DNA of 64,000 nucleotides, taken from the NCBI RefSeq assembly GCF_049554935.1, contig NZ_CP186926.1, positions 1 through 64,000 of the forward strand. The letters are read 5' to 3'. The DNA comes from Methanocaldococcus indicus. GTDB lineage: Archaea > AGJL01 > Methanococci > Methanococcales > Methanocaldococcaceae. The notes under the pieces were generated by a model. It did not search any database. It was not told the DNA's origin and worked only from the letters and a program-made list of their open reading frames with translations. Below, in pieces: positions 20,919 to 31,166 of this stretch; the stretch's first letter is position 1; the number at the start of each line of letters is the position of its first letter. The position numbers were made by a program, and so were the translations under genes.

Positions 20919-20932
20919 CTTAATTATTCTAA

Positions 20933-21865
20933 TTATTGTGGTGAAATCATTACGTATATTTCTCCTGTATATGTTCCTCTAATTGGAGCTCCTCCTAAGT
21001 ATAGCATAACTGGACTACTAAATATTTCTCCAAATTCACTTGTAGGACCATTTTCAGATATCCAAGTGTTATATATATTGTATGTAATTGGCTTACCTGC
21101 TATTTCTAAGTAGAAAGTTTGTGGTCCTAAGTCATCTATACTATTAACAGCTGAGATTATTTCTCCATATTGGTTTGTCCAATTTTCATCAGTTTTTATT
21201 TGTAAGGTATAGTTACCATTTGATATTGCAGTTACTGATAAGTTCTTATCTGATGATTCATTAGTATCTGGTTTCATATCATTCCAAATTAATTCTTTTA
21301 CATTTGGAGATATTTCACCATACCACTCCATAATAATATTTTTGCTATCTTCTCCAGAAAGCCCTTCGTTGTCATATACATAAGCTTTAACTGTCCAAGG
21401 TCCTTCCATTGCTACTTTACCTACTGTAACATTAAATTCAATTGAACCTGTAGAGTGTCCATAGCTATAAATGTAATCTTCTTTACTTACAACAACATTC
21501 CATGTGCTATTGTCCCCCAAATAAGCTTCTAAAGTTTTTGTTGAGAAATTATAGACAAAATATATGTATTTACTGGAATCTGGTGTATTTGTTTGTGATG
21601 AGTTAGATTCAAATACTACAACTAATTTATCCAAATCTTTTAAACTATTTAAATCTGTGAATGTTAATTTTACAGTATAGGTATTGGTTGGATATAACTC
21701 TGTTGTTGGATTGCCATTACTATCTAATATCTCTAAGGTTACATTAGGAGCTATGTTGGATACATTAATCTTTCCAGTAACATTACCATTTTGTTGTGCA
21801 TAAACTCCTGAAAATAAAACTATAGATACTACCAAAGCTAAAAATATCTTACTGATACTTGACAT
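20933..21865 (-). CDS. Secreted beta-rich protein (putative major filament subunit)
   Basis: Signal peptide ending VYA, about 11 N-x-S/T sequons, C-terminus RGTYTGEIYVMI, no C-terminal membrane anchor. Confidence 0.65.
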   Translation of the reverse strand: MSSISKIFLALVVSIVLFSGVYAQQNGNVTGKINVSNIAPNVTLEILDSNGNPTTELYPTNTYTVKLTFTDLNSLKDLDKLVVVFESNSSQTNTPDSSKYIYFVYNFSTKTLEAYLGDNSTWNVVVSKEDYIYSYGHSTGSIEFNVTVGKVAMEGPWTVKAYVYDNEGLSGEDSKNIIMEWYGEISPNVKELIWNDMKPDTNESSDKNLSVTAISNGNYTLQIKTDENWTNQYGEIISAVNSIDDLGPQTFYLEIAGKPITYNIYNTWISENGPTSEFGEIFSSPVMLYLGGAPIRGTYTGEIYVMISPQ

Positions 21866-21894
21866 TAAATCACCCATTTAGCATTTATTAATAT

Positions 21895-21919
21895 TGAAGC
21901 CCACAAAATTTGGGCTTCA
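21895..21919. promoter_or_regulatory. Perfect 9-bp inverted repeat upstream of the secreted-protein operon
   Basis: TGAAGCCCA-caaaatt-TGGGCTTCA, between a minus-strand TTTATATA box (~21943-21950) and the ATG at 21865. Confidence 0.6.
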
Positions 21920-22047
21920 GATTTCTATATACCAATTATCATATATAAAATTTACTATTACTTTACATATATAAACATCTAAATGTATAATTATAGATTT
22001 ATATAGCAAATATAATTTATTTATATTACTCAATAATTAATTATAAG

Positions 22048-23067
22048 GTGGTTAGAATAATATGGATTGATATAACTAACTCTCCACATGTTCATTTTTT
22101 TTGTCAGTTAATTAAAGAGTTGGAAAAGAGAAATTTGGAGTATATAATAACATTTAGAGAATCAAATTATATAAAAGAATTGTTAGATATATATAATTTT
22201 ATTGGGACTTGTATAGGAAAACATGGAAAAACTTTAAAAGAGAAACTAATTTTTTATGCTGAGAGAGTTATTGGTTTAGGTGAATTAATATCAAACTTAA
22301 AAATTGATGTTGCTGTTGCAAAACATTCTGTTGAACTACCGAGAGTAGCTTTTGGATTAAATATTCCTACTGTTTTTATTGTTGATAATGAATATGCAAA
22401 AGCTCAAAATAAGCTAACTCTTCCATTAGTTGATAATATTATAAAACCAAAATATACTGATGAAAAATTACTTTCTGAATGTGGTGCAACATCTTTTATA
22501 AATTTTGATGGGACTTGTGAAATCTCACATATAAATGCAAGGTTAAAAGGATACTATCCATTAGATGACAATATTTTAGAAAAATTAAATATTAAAAATG
22601 ATTATGTTGTTGTTATGAGACCTTGTCCTAACTCATCATATTGTAATGGACATGAAGATATCATCCCAAAGATAATAAAAGAAATTAAAAGGAAATATGA
22701 TAACATTGATATAGTTGTTTTTCCAAGAAATGAAGAACAAAAATACATATATAAAAAGTTAGGAACTATAATTCCAGATAAAACAGTTGATGCTATCTCT
22801 CTTTTAAATAAATCTTCTTTTATGATTGGAGCAGGAGGCACAATGAACAGAGAAAGTGCTATTTTAGGAGTTCCTACTATATCTTGCTATCCTCAGGAAC
22901 TTTTAGGAGTAGATAAGTTTTTAATTAAAAATAATAGAATGATTCACACAACTAAATTAGATGTGATTTTAAACTATTTTGAAGAAAATTTAGGAAAAAG
23001 AAAAAAAATAGCTAAATTTGAAGACCCCACAAATAAAATATTAAAAAAGATTTTAGAATATTTATAA
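22048..23067 (+). CDS. DUF354 GT-B fold glycosyltransferase-like protein
   Basis: IWIDITNSPHVHFF, GKHG, DNE, GAGGTMNRESAILGVPTIS. Confidence 0.85.
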   Translation: MVRIIWIDITNSPHVHFFCQLIKELEKRNLEYIITFRESNYIKELLDIYNFIGTCIGKHGKTLKEKLIFYAERVIGLGELISNLKIDVAVAKHSVELPRVAFGLNIPTVFIVDNEYAKAQNKLTLPLVDNIIKPKYTDEKLLSECGATSFINFDGTCEISHINARLKGYYPLDDNILEKLNIKNDYVVVMRPCPNSSYCNGHEDIIPKIIKEIKRKYDNIDIVVFPRNEEQKYIYKKLGTIIPDKTVDAISLLNKSSFMIGAGGTMNRESAILGVPTISCYPQELLGVDKFLIKNNRMIHTTKLDVILNYFEENLGKRKKIAKFEDPTNKILKKILEYL

Positions 23068-23087
23068 ATTTTAAAAGGGATTGATAT

Positions 23088-24746
23088 ATGGAAGCTGTAA
23101 AAGTTAAAAATTTAACAAAAAAGTATGGGGATAGGAAAGCATTAGATAAAGTATCATTTTCTGTTAAAAAAGGAGAGATATTTGGAATAGTTGGAAGAAG
23201 TGGTGCTGGTAAATCCACATTAATTAAAATTTTAAGAGGTTCATTAGATTATGATGAGGGAGAAGTAGAGATTTTAGGAAGAAAAGATAATTTTAGGGAG
23301 ATAACAGCTATACATTTACAAAGAAATTTTGCATTATGGGCTGATTCAGTTATCAACAATGTTATAAGAAAATTATATGCTATAAAAAACAACTGTGATG
23401 AATCTCTTCCATTGGAAGAGGAGTATAAAGATTATGAAAAAGATGCCTTAGAAATTTTAAAGTTGGTTGGTTTAGAGCATAAAAAAGATGCTTTTGCTAA
23501 TATACTATCTGGTGGAGAAAAACAAAGGTTGATTTTAGCAAGGCAAATTGCTAAACTCTATCTTAAAAAGGATGGAATTTTATTATTAGATGAGCCAGCA
23601 ACTATGGCATGTCCTGCAAGTAAGCAAAAACTGTTAGATGCTATAAAAAACATCAATAAAAAATTAGGAATAACTGTTATATTAACCTCACATCTCCCAG
23701 AAATTCATAAGTATTTATGTGATAGAGTACTTTTATTAGAGGAAGGAAAAGTTAAGATGATAGATAAACCTGATAAGGTTTTAGAAGAGTTTTTAAAAGA
23801 TATGAAACCACCTTATAATAGAAAGAAAAACATCAAAGATAGAGATATTATCAAAGTAGAAAATCTATATAAAAGATACTTTGTTGTTAGAGGTGGAGAA
23901 ACTTTAAATTTAAGAGATATCTCATTTAATATAAAAGAGGGAGAAATAGTTTCTATTATTGGTCCAAGTGGTGTAGGTAAAACTGTCCTTTTGAGAATCT
24001 TAGCTGGTTTAGAGTTGCCAGATAAGGGAAGAGTTATAGTTGATGGAGTAGATTTATCTAAATTTGGATGGGAAAGAATAAATTTAAGGAAAAGAATTGG
24101 AATTCTACATCAAGAATTTTCTTTACCTTACTATCAGACAGTTGAAAATCTCTTAAAATATAGATTGGGGTTAAAGGGAGAGAAGGCATTAGCTCATGCA
24201 AAACAGAAAGCTAAGGAATTAAATTTAAATGAGAAAGTTGTAGATGCAATATATCAATTAATTGATTTACCTGAAAGTGAAAGAGAAATGAAACTCCAAA
24301 AACTTGGTTTGAGTGAAGATATTATCTATCAACTTTTTCCACCAATAGTTGAAAACTTCAATCCAAAAGAAATTTTAGAGGCATTAGATTTAAGTGAAGA
24401 GATTTTAAAGAAGAAAATTTCTGAACTCTCTGGAGGAGAAAAAGTTAGAGTTGCTATTGCTCTACAACTAATAACTAAGCCAAAGATATTATTTTTAGAT
24501 GAGCCATTTGGTGACTTAGACCCTATAACCTTGAGAGATGTATCTAACTATCTAAAAAAGATAAATGAAAAATTTGGCACAACTATTGTTTTAGTATCTC
24601 ATCATCTTGATTTTATTAAAGAGATAAGTGATAGAGCTATCCTTTTAGAGGATAATAAAGTTATCTCTGGAGAGCCAGAGAAAATTTGTGAAGAATTTAT
24701 AAAGAAAAGTGAAGCTAAATTTTTAAAAGAGGGGATAAATTGCTAA
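23088..24746 (+). CDS. Soluble twin-domain ABC ATPase (AtwA / component A2-like paralog)
   Basis: Two NBDs: GRSGAGKS/LSGGEKQR/LLDEP and GPSGVGKT/LSGGEKVR/FLDEP; no TM segments. Confidence 0.85.
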   Translation: MEAVKVKNLTKKYGDRKALDKVSFSVKKGEIFGIVGRSGAGKSTLIKILRGSLDYDEGEVEILGRKDNFREITAIHLQRNFALWADSVINNVIRKLYAIKNNCDESLPLEEEYKDYEKDALEILKLVGLEHKKDAFANILSGGEKQRLILARQIAKLYLKKDGILLLDEPATMACPASKQKLLDAIKNINKKLGITVILTSHLPEIHKYLCDRVLLLEEGKVKMIDKPDKVLEEFLKDMKPPYNRKKNIKDRDIIKVENLYKRYFVVRGGETLNLRDISFNIKEGEIVSIIGPSGVGKTVLLRILAGLELPDKGRVIVDGVDLSKFGWERINLRKRIGILHQEFSLPYYQTVENLLKYRLGLKGEKALAHAKQKAKELNLNEKVVDAIYQLIDLPESEREMKLQKLGLSEDIIYQLFPPIVENFNPKEILEALDLSEEILKKKISELSGGEKVRVAIALQLITKPKILFLDEPFGDLDPITLRDVSNYLKKINEKFGTTIVLVSHHLDFIKEISDRAILLEDNKVISGEPEKICEEFIKKSEAKFLKEGINC

Positions 24747-25699
24747 TAAGAGAAGAAGCTGAAACAAATCCTAACTATGGCTATTATCCAGATAAGAGAC
24801 CAATTGATAAACATATAAAATATGGGGTTGTTGTTATAGATAAACCAAAAGGGCCAACATCCCATGAAGTAACAACTTGGGTAAGGAAGATATTAAATGT
24901 CTCAAAGACTGGACATGGTGGAACATTAGACCCTAATGTTACAGGTGTTTTACCAATAGCCATAGAAAATGCTACAAAAACAATACAAACTTGGCATATT
25001 CCTCCAAAAGAATATGTTTGTGTTATGCATCTCCATAGAGATACATCAGAAGATAATATTCTAAATATTTTTAAGGAATTTACTGGAAAAATTTATCAAA
25101 GGCCACCACTAAAATCTGCTGTAAAAAAAAGGTTAAGAGTTAGAAAAATACACAATTTAGATTTGTTAGAAAAAGAAGGAAAAGACGTTTTATTTAAAGT
25201 TAAATGTCAATCTGGAACTTATATTAGAAAGTTATGTGAAGATTTAGGAGAGGCTTTAGGAACTTCTGCACATATGCAAGAGCTAAGAAGAACTAAAAGT
25301 GGCTGTTTTTCTGAGAAAGATGCTGTCTATCTACAAGATTTATTAGATGCATATATCTTTTGGAAAGAGGATAATGATGAGGAAGAGTTGAGAAAAGTTA
25401 TAAAACCATTAGAAGAAGGACTTAAACACCTAAAAAAAGTTGTTGTTAAAGATTCTGCTGTTAATGCTATTTGTTATGGTGCTGATGTGTTTGTTAGAGG
25501 TATATCAAAACTATCAGAAGATATAAATAAAAATGATTTGGTTGTTGTTGAAACATTAAAAGGAGAGGCAATAGCATTAGGAAAAGCTTTAATGAGTAGT
25601 AAAGAGATGTTAGAAAGTGATAAAGGAGTAGCTGTGGATGTAGAAAGAGTTATTATGGAAAGAGATTTATACCCAAAAATGTGGAAAAAGAAGAAATAA
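24740..25699 (+). CDS. truB: Pseudouridine synthase Cbf5
   Basis: DKPKGPTSHEV, GHGGTLDP, GTYIRKLC, LRRT, PUA domain. Confidence 0.96.
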   Translation: MLIREEAETNPNYGYYPDKRPIDKHIKYGVVVIDKPKGPTSHEVTTWVRKILNVSKTGHGGTLDPNVTGVLPIAIENATKTIQTWHIPPKEYVCVMHLHRDTSEDNILNIFKEFTGKIYQRPPLKSAVKKRLRVRKIHNLDLLEKEGKDVLFKVKCQSGTYIRKLCEDLGEALGTSAHMQELRRTKSGCFSEKDAVYLQDLLDAYIFWKEDNDEEELRKVIKPLEEGLKHLKKVVVKDSAVNAICYGADVFVRGISKLSEDINKNDLVVVETLKGEAIALGKALMSSKEMLESDKGVAVDVERVIMERDLYPKMWKKKK

Positions 25700-25708
25700 T
25701 AAAAATAG

Positions 25709-25780
25709 AGCCGGGGGTGGGATTTGAACCCACGTAAAGCGGATCTGCAGTCCGCTGCCTAGCCCCTAGACTACCCCGGC
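25709..25780 (-). tRNA. tRNA-Cys (GCA)
   Basis: GCCGGGG acceptor, anticodon arm GCGGA-CTGCAGA-TCCGC, GGTTCAAATCC T arm, U73; CCA not encoded. Confidence 0.96.
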
Positions 25781-25837
25781 ACTAAAACAGCATTATTATG
25801 TAAAATATAGAAGAGGTATATAAATTTTACTATTTAA

Positions 25838-26920
25838 TTAATTTTTATCTACCAATCTAATTTTATCATCTTTTTTAAAGAGCTTAACTTTATCACCCTC
25901 TTTAAATTCATCATTACTCTCAAATTCATAAACTTCATAGTTTTGCTCATCCATAACCATTAAATTTGGTTTAGTTGAGATAACAATTCCTTCATCTAAA
26001 TCTTCTCTTTTTCTTTCTAATTTTACATCTTTATTTACTATATGCCAAGACAATCCTAATTTTTCTCCTTTATCTAAATCTTTAATATATAGATTTTTTT
26101 CAGTTAAAGATGTAACTACATAATACTTATCTTTATATCTTACAATATCACCAACTCTACACTCAGGGATTTTTATAGAGACAGTTACTCTATACAAGTC
26201 ATTACCTTCACTATCAACTCCTACTAATGTAGCTGTCTCTTTTATATTACCTCCATATTTCTCTTTTATCTTTTGAGCAATATACCTTGCAGCTCCAACA
26301 GAGCCAAGTTGATAATCTAAACCCTCTTTTTGAGGGATAAATTTAGATATAAATGCCATTCTGTCCTTTTTTAATCTATGGTAGAGTTCTTCTCTAACAA
26401 ACTTATCTAACTCCTCTCTTTCTTCTTCTGTTAAATATCTATTCATTGCTCTAACTTGGAGAGTAGCTTCATAATAGTTAGACATAAATCTTGAACATCT
26501 TGGACACTGAACCATATTTAAATGTACTTCTACATCTTTCTCATAAGTTCTTTCTTCTTTTTCTCCTGGTAGTTTTCCTCTTGCAACTATATGGACAGGA
26601 ATAATTAACTTACTTCTCTTACCTCCTGGAAGTTGTGTAATTTTTGGATATATTTCAACTTCAACATTTACACATTTCTTTTTTAAATTATCTTTAACAG
26701 CATAATATGCTATTTCTTCTAAAATTTCATAAGCATCTTCACTTTTTGGAGTTTGCCATGTTTTTCTTTTATATGAACCACACATATGACAAACTTCTAT
26801 ATCTATTCTTTCATCAATTTCTATTAATGGATGTAGTTGAGCATAACATACTTGGCATAATCCATCAATTAGTTCATCTTCAGCTCCACATCTATAACAT
26901 ATTCCTCTCATAACTATCAC
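25838..26920 (-). CDS. NMD3-family ribosome biogenesis protein
   Basis: Four CxxC motifs, [18 protein letters not shown]. Confidence 0.9.
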   Translation of the reverse strand: MIVMRGICYRCGAEDELIDGLCQVCYAQLHPLIEIDERIDIEVCHMCGSYKRKTWQTPKSEDAYEILEEIAYYAVKDNLKKKCVNVEVEIYPKITQLPGGKRSKLIIPVHIVARGKLPGEKEERTYEKDVEVHLNMVQCPRCSRFMSNYYEATLQVRAMNRYLTEEEREELDKFVREELYHRLKKDRMAFISKFIPQKEGLDYQLGSVGAARYIAQKIKEKYGGNIKETATLVGVDSEGNDLYRVTVSIKIPECRVGDIVRYKDKYYVVTSLTEKNLYIKDLDKGEKLGLSWHIVNKDVKLERKREDLDEGIVISTKPNLMVMDEQNYEVYEFESNDEFKEGDKVKLFKKDDKIRLVDKN

Positions 26921-26928
26921 TTCTAAAT

Positions 26929-27180
26929 TTATTCTATTATTTTGAAAATTCCAATAAAATAATTATCTTTTTCTATAATTTCTAACTCAGTTTTTATATT
27001 AAACTCTTCTAAAATATATTTAAAATCTTCAATCCAATCATATACTCCACAACTTTTGCAAAAAATTCCTTCAAACTTAATATATATTTTATTATCTTCA
27101 ATTTTTAATAACTCTGCTTTACTCTCAGGAGAATGATATTTATTGTATATATCCAAAGCTTTTAAAACTGTCTCTAACAT
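26929..27180 (-). CDS. Small conserved CxxC protein (NifU C-terminal-like fold suspected)
   Basis: 83 aa, [20 protein letters not shown]; overlaps end of cbiD by 41 nt. Confidence 0.65.
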   Translation of the reverse strand: MLETVLKALDIYNKYHSPESKAELLKIEDNKIYIKFEGIFCKSCGVYDWIEDFKYILEEFNIKTELEIIEKDNYFIGIFKIIE

Positions 27181-28246
27181 ACTTACCCAATATATTTCCT
27201 TTCATATCAATAATTATACAGCTAAATTTTATATTCCATCTATCCTCAGCTCTCTCAACAACTCTTTTAGCTATTATGTTAAAAATATCTTCTAATCTAT
27301 TTCTTCCCTTTAAAATTTTTATTATCTCTTCTGTTGTATTTGCATACAGTATCTTTTTTAAATCATCTTTATCTAAAAATAATGATGAATAAGCTGTTAA
27401 AATCTCATTCCTTGCATCAGCTATTTTAGAGTGAGTATTATATATCCCCCCAGCTAATTTCACAATTTTTCCAGCATGTCCAAAAATTAAAATTTCTTTT
27501 ACACATTTCTCTTCTGCTTTATCTAACATGAAATCCCAAAAATTAGAAACTTGAATAATTCTATCTTCATCTACATTAAAAAGTTTTTTTGCATACCTCT
27601 CTCCAATATTCCCAGGTGTGAAAATTAAGGATTTATAACCTTTTTTTAAAGCAATATCTATTTGAGGAACTAATGATTTTTTATATGCTTCATTGGACAT
27701 TGGTTTAACTATTCCAGTTGTTCCAAGTATAGACAAACCTCCAACAATACCTAACTTAGGATTTAATGTTTTCTTTGCCAACTCTTCTCCTTTTGGTATT
27801 GAAATAGTAACTATAACTTTTTCATCATTATCTAAAAGAGTTAAAAGATTCCTTATTATCATCTTCTTTGGTTTTGGATTTATAGCTTTTTCACCTACAG
27901 GAACCTGCAAACCTTCCTTTGTTACAGTTCCTACTCCACTACCCCCTCTAATAATAACTTCTCTTTTACCTTTTTTTAGTTCAACTTCAACAATAATATC
28001 AATGCCATTAGTTATATCAATATCTTTTCCAGCAAATTTTTTAACTGTTGCCTTTGCTATATTCTTATCAATTTTCTCTATTTTTTCTATAGGAATAATT
28101 AGAATATCTCCTTTATTATTCTCTATCTTAACATATTCCAATTTTTTATTAAATTTTAAAAAATATAAAGCTGCATAAGCTCCAGCAGCAGCTGCTGAGC
28201 CTGTTGTATATCCATAAGTTTTTTCTTTTCTAAAATCATAAATCAT
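27140..28246 (-). CDS. cbiD: Cobalt-precorrin-5B C1-methyltransferase
   Basis: GYTTGSAAAA, GVGTVTK, TLNPKLGIVGGLSILGTTG, GHAGKIVKLAGG, THS. Confidence 0.96.
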   Translation of the reverse strand: MIYDFRKEKTYGYTTGSAAAAGAYAALYFLKFNKKLEYVKIENNKGDILIIPIEKIEKIDKNIAKATVKKFAGKDIDITNGIDIIVEVELKKGKREVIIRGGSGVGTVTKEGLQVPVGEKAINPKPKKMIIRNLLTLLDNDEKVIVTISIPKGEELAKKTLNPKLGIVGGLSILGTTGIVKPMSNEAYKKSLVPQIDIALKKGYKSLIFTPGNIGERYAKKLFNVDEDRIIQVSNFWDFMLDKAEEKCVKEILIFGHAGKIVKLAGGIYNTHSKIADARNEILTAYSSLFLDKDDLKKILYANTTEEIIKILKGRNRLEDIFNIIAKRVVERAEDRWNIKFSCIIIDMKGNILGKYVRDSFKSFGYIQ

Positions 28247-29364
28247 CTTCTTCTCCTAAATCTCAATTTTTTTGTTATTAATGGAATTCTTTCAACCTCT
28301 AAACCATCAGATGTAGGATATCTTTCAGTTATATAAGCAGAGAATTTTATTGGAAATCTTTGTTTTTTCATCTCCTCAATAATGTCCTCTAAAATAAATG
28401 GATTCAAATAAATTTTATTATTATCTATTTCATAATCAATCTCATACTCTTCCAAAATCTCTTTAATTTCTTCTAAATCATCAATATTATCAAAAATCAT
28501 CTCTCCTCTTAGTAAGAGACCTTCATCAGTTATAATTTCATAGTTTTTTGCTATATTTTCAGCTCTTCTAATTAGCCTATTTTTCATCTGTATAGCATCT
28601 TTTAGAACAGATGGACAAAAATGAATAAACATATCTCCATCAAAATTATTTATAACATAGAAAGCTGTTTCTTCACTACCTTTTATTGCATTACTTACAT
28701 CATCCTTTGGATAAAATCCTCTTTTAATTAGTTCATTATAGTTAGTGTCTGAAAATTCTAATTCATTCATATTTAAGAAATCAGCTACACCATCTATTTT
28801 TTTAGCTAATTTTAAAATCTCTTTCTCCATTCCTGGGATAGAGGGAATTTCAACTCCTACACTATCTACATATTTTTTAGCTATTTCAATTTTTTTAACT
28901 AAATTATCTAAATATTTTTCATCAACTTTTTTATTAAAATATTTTGTTGGATGAATTCTTAACTCATCTAAATAATCTTTAAGTTTCTTTACATCATCTT
29001 CTTTTAAATTTTCAGTTGTATATAGATGAGAATGAAAATCATCAAACTCATTTTTAAGTGCCTTTAAATATTTTAATGTTCTATCAACTTTTAATAATGG
29101 ATTACCTCCTGTAATTCCAACTCCTGTGGAGCTACAAAGCTTAGCCTCTTCTATAGCTTCATCAACAGAAGTAATTAATCTTTCATTGGCATATATAACA
29201 TCTTTTTTTCTTCTTTTTTCTGAAAGAGGACAATAGTAGCAAGAACTTTCACATAAACCAGTTATAAATAAAACTAACTTTTCTCCTCTTATACATCTCT
29301 TACAACCTTCAGCTAATTTGGTATAGTTTTCTTCTAAATATTTCTCAATATCTTCAACTTTCAT
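28243..29364 (-). CDS. Radical SAM protein, conserved archaeal family
   Basis: GCKRC, CESSCYYC cluster motif, GITGG. Confidence 0.9.
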   Translation of the reverse strand: MKVEDIEKYLEENYTKLAEGCKRCIRGEKLVLFITGLCESSCYYCPLSEKRRKKDVIYANERLITSVDEAIEEAKLCSSTGVGITGGNPLLKVDRTLKYLKALKNEFDDFHSHLYTTENLKEDDVKKLKDYLDELRIHPTKYFNKKVDEKYLDNLVKKIEIAKKYVDSVGVEIPSIPGMEKEILKLAKKIDGVADFLNMNELEFSDTNYNELIKRGFYPKDDVSNAIKGSEETAFYVINNFDGDMFIHFCPSVLKDAIQMKNRLIRRAENIAKNYEIITDEGLLLRGEMIFDNIDDLEEIKEILEEYEIDYEIDNNKIYLNPFILEDIIEEMKKQRFPIKFSAYITERYPTSDGLEVERIPLITKKLRFRRRR

Positions 29365-29410
29365 AATTTTCCACCTTTAAAATAAAAAATTTAAATATTT
29401 AAATATAAAA

Positions 29411-30001
29411 TTAATTTAATTTATATATTCCTAAAAATAGATACACATATCCTAAAATTAGAGCTAAATAAGGAATATTAAAAACTCCTAAAATTAAGGC
29501 TATAAATGTTATAACCATAACTACCTTATTTTTTGATTTAGGATACCTAATATCTGAAATCATTAAGAGTCCTAAAAAAATTGATAAAAACAATAAAAAA
29601 TAGGTATTCTTAATAAAATATTGTGTGCTAATTAAAATTAAAGCTGCTGCTGGGATAGGTAATCCTATAAATCCTTCTGTTTTTATTATGTTAAATCTTG
29701 CTAATCTTAACATCCCACATAATAAAAATATAATACATCCAATAAGTAGAATGTTGTTGTCATTATACAACAAATATGCTGGAGCTACACCAAAGCTTAC
29801 AATATCTGATAAACTATCTAACTCTTTACCTAACTCAGAGACAGTATTTGTTTTTCTTGCAATATATCCATCTAATGCATCAAAGATAATAGCTAAATAA
29901 ATTAAATTTGGAATCATATATATTATAGAGAGAAATCCACATATAGTGTTTAACATTGTTATATAGTCAGATATTGTTATTAACTTTTTTATGCTAAACA
30001 T
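29411..30001 (-). CDS. pssA: Archaetidylserine synthase (CDP-alcohol phosphatidyltransferase)
   Basis: DALDGYIAR...GKELDSLSDIVSFGVAP, RLARFN, GLPIP. Confidence 0.92.
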   Translation of the reverse strand: MFSIKKLITISDYITMLNTICGFLSIIYMIPNLIYLAIIFDALDGYIARKTNTVSELGKELDSLSDIVSFGVAPAYLLYNDNNILLIGCIIFLLCGMLRLARFNIIKTEGFIGLPIPAAALILISTQYFIKNTYFLLFLSIFLGLLMISDIRYPKSKNKVVMVITFIALILGVFNIPYLALILGYVYLFLGIYKLN

Positions 30002-30976
30002 TCAACATCCACAAATATGTTCTTTTTCAAAGTCAAATACTAACTCTTTCTCATTACCATTTGTAATATATAATTTTCTTTCTTTTTTTACTTCTCCACA
30101 CACCTCAGCAGTTATATTTACATCCTCTAAGATATTTTTTAGTTCTTTAATGTTCTCTTCTTTTGTTGTAAATACAAATCCACTACCTGGATATACTTTT
30201 AGCCAATGAACTAAATCTATATCCTCTGGTTTAGGAATCTTAGTTATATCAACTATTCCTCCTTTTTTTGAAACCTCTAACAACATTCCCAATGTTCCAA
30301 TAGCCCCAGGATTACTAATATCTTTGCAAGAATTTGCCAACTTATTTTCAGCTATATCAACCATTGCATTTAATTGAGCTTTTATTAACTTTTTAGGTTT
30401 CATTGTAGTGGTGTCCCAATTTAATAAAAAAGATTTATAAATTCTTCCATCTAAATCATAGGCAAAAACAATTTTATCTCCAACCTTAGCAGAATCACTT
30501 CTTAACAGATAGTTTCTCTTAGCTATTCCTGTTATAGCAACATCTAACACATTACATTGGGCATCTGGATGAGTATGCCCTCCAACCATAGGAACTCCAA
30601 ATTTTTTTATTCCATCTTTTACTCCATCTAAAACTTTCTTACATATATCTTTGTCTTTAATGCTAATTATGTTGGTCATTCCTAAACATCTTCCACCCAT
30701 TGCAGCTATGTCCATACAATTAACTAAAACAGAACAATATCCTGCCCACCATGCATCTGCCTCTAACAACTTTCCCCATATACCATCAGCAGCTAATAAT
30801 ATAGCTGTTTTATCATCAATCCCAATTGCAGCTGCATCATCTCCATAATCAACAATTATGTCAAATTCATAATCTTCAAAATCAAAATCAAACTTTTTAA
30901 TTATATCTTTAATTGCATATTTTCTTGTCAATCCTTCAAAGGTTTTTATTTCTCTAACAATATCTTTTAGATTCAT
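30002..30976 (-). CDS. AIR synthase/PurM-like protein (methanogenesis marker 2 family)
   Basis: [29 protein letters not shown]. Confidence 0.85.
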   Translation of the reverse strand: MNLKDIVREIKTFEGLTRKYAIKDIIKKFDFDFEDYEFDIIVDYGDDAAAIGIDDKTAILLAADGIWGKLLEADAWWAGYCSVLVNCMDIAAMGGRCLGMTNIISIKDKDICKKVLDGVKDGIKKFGVPMVGGHTHPDAQCNVLDVAITGIAKRNYLLRSDSAKVGDKIVFAYDLDGRIYKSFLLNWDTTTMKPKKLIKAQLNAMVDIAENKLANSCKDISNPGAIGTLGMLLEVSKKGGIVDITKIPKPEDIDLVHWLKVYPGSGFVFTTKEENIKELKNILEDVNITAEVCGEVKKERKLYITNGNEKELVFDFEKEHICGC

Positions 30977-31001
30977 ACCCTCATCCCCAAACCATAAAAA
31001 A

Positions 31002-31166
31002 TTAGAACAATCTAAAATAGTTTAAAATAACTTCAATAATTATAAAGCCAACAGTTGCACTTATTACATGCTCAGGCTTTATTTTAACTTTTGATATACT
31101 TTCATCCATATATCTAATTAAACCTGCACTTGTAGCTAATCCTACTTCTTCCCTTTTTTTACTCAT
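31002..31166 (-). CDS. secG: Preprotein translocase subunit Sec61beta/SecG
   Basis: Not in ORF track; [54 protein letters not shown]. Confidence 0.95.
   Translation of the reverse strand: MSKKREEVGLATSAGLIRYMDESISKVKIKPEHVISATVGFIIIEVILNYFRLF

Noticed and set aside
18814-21865. Type IV pilin, archaellin or S-layer assignment for the secreted operon
   Set aside because: No class III signal motif or N-terminal hydrophobic pilin helix in the mature proteins, no assembly ATPase/TadC, and no resemblance I can see to the Methanococcales S-layer protein
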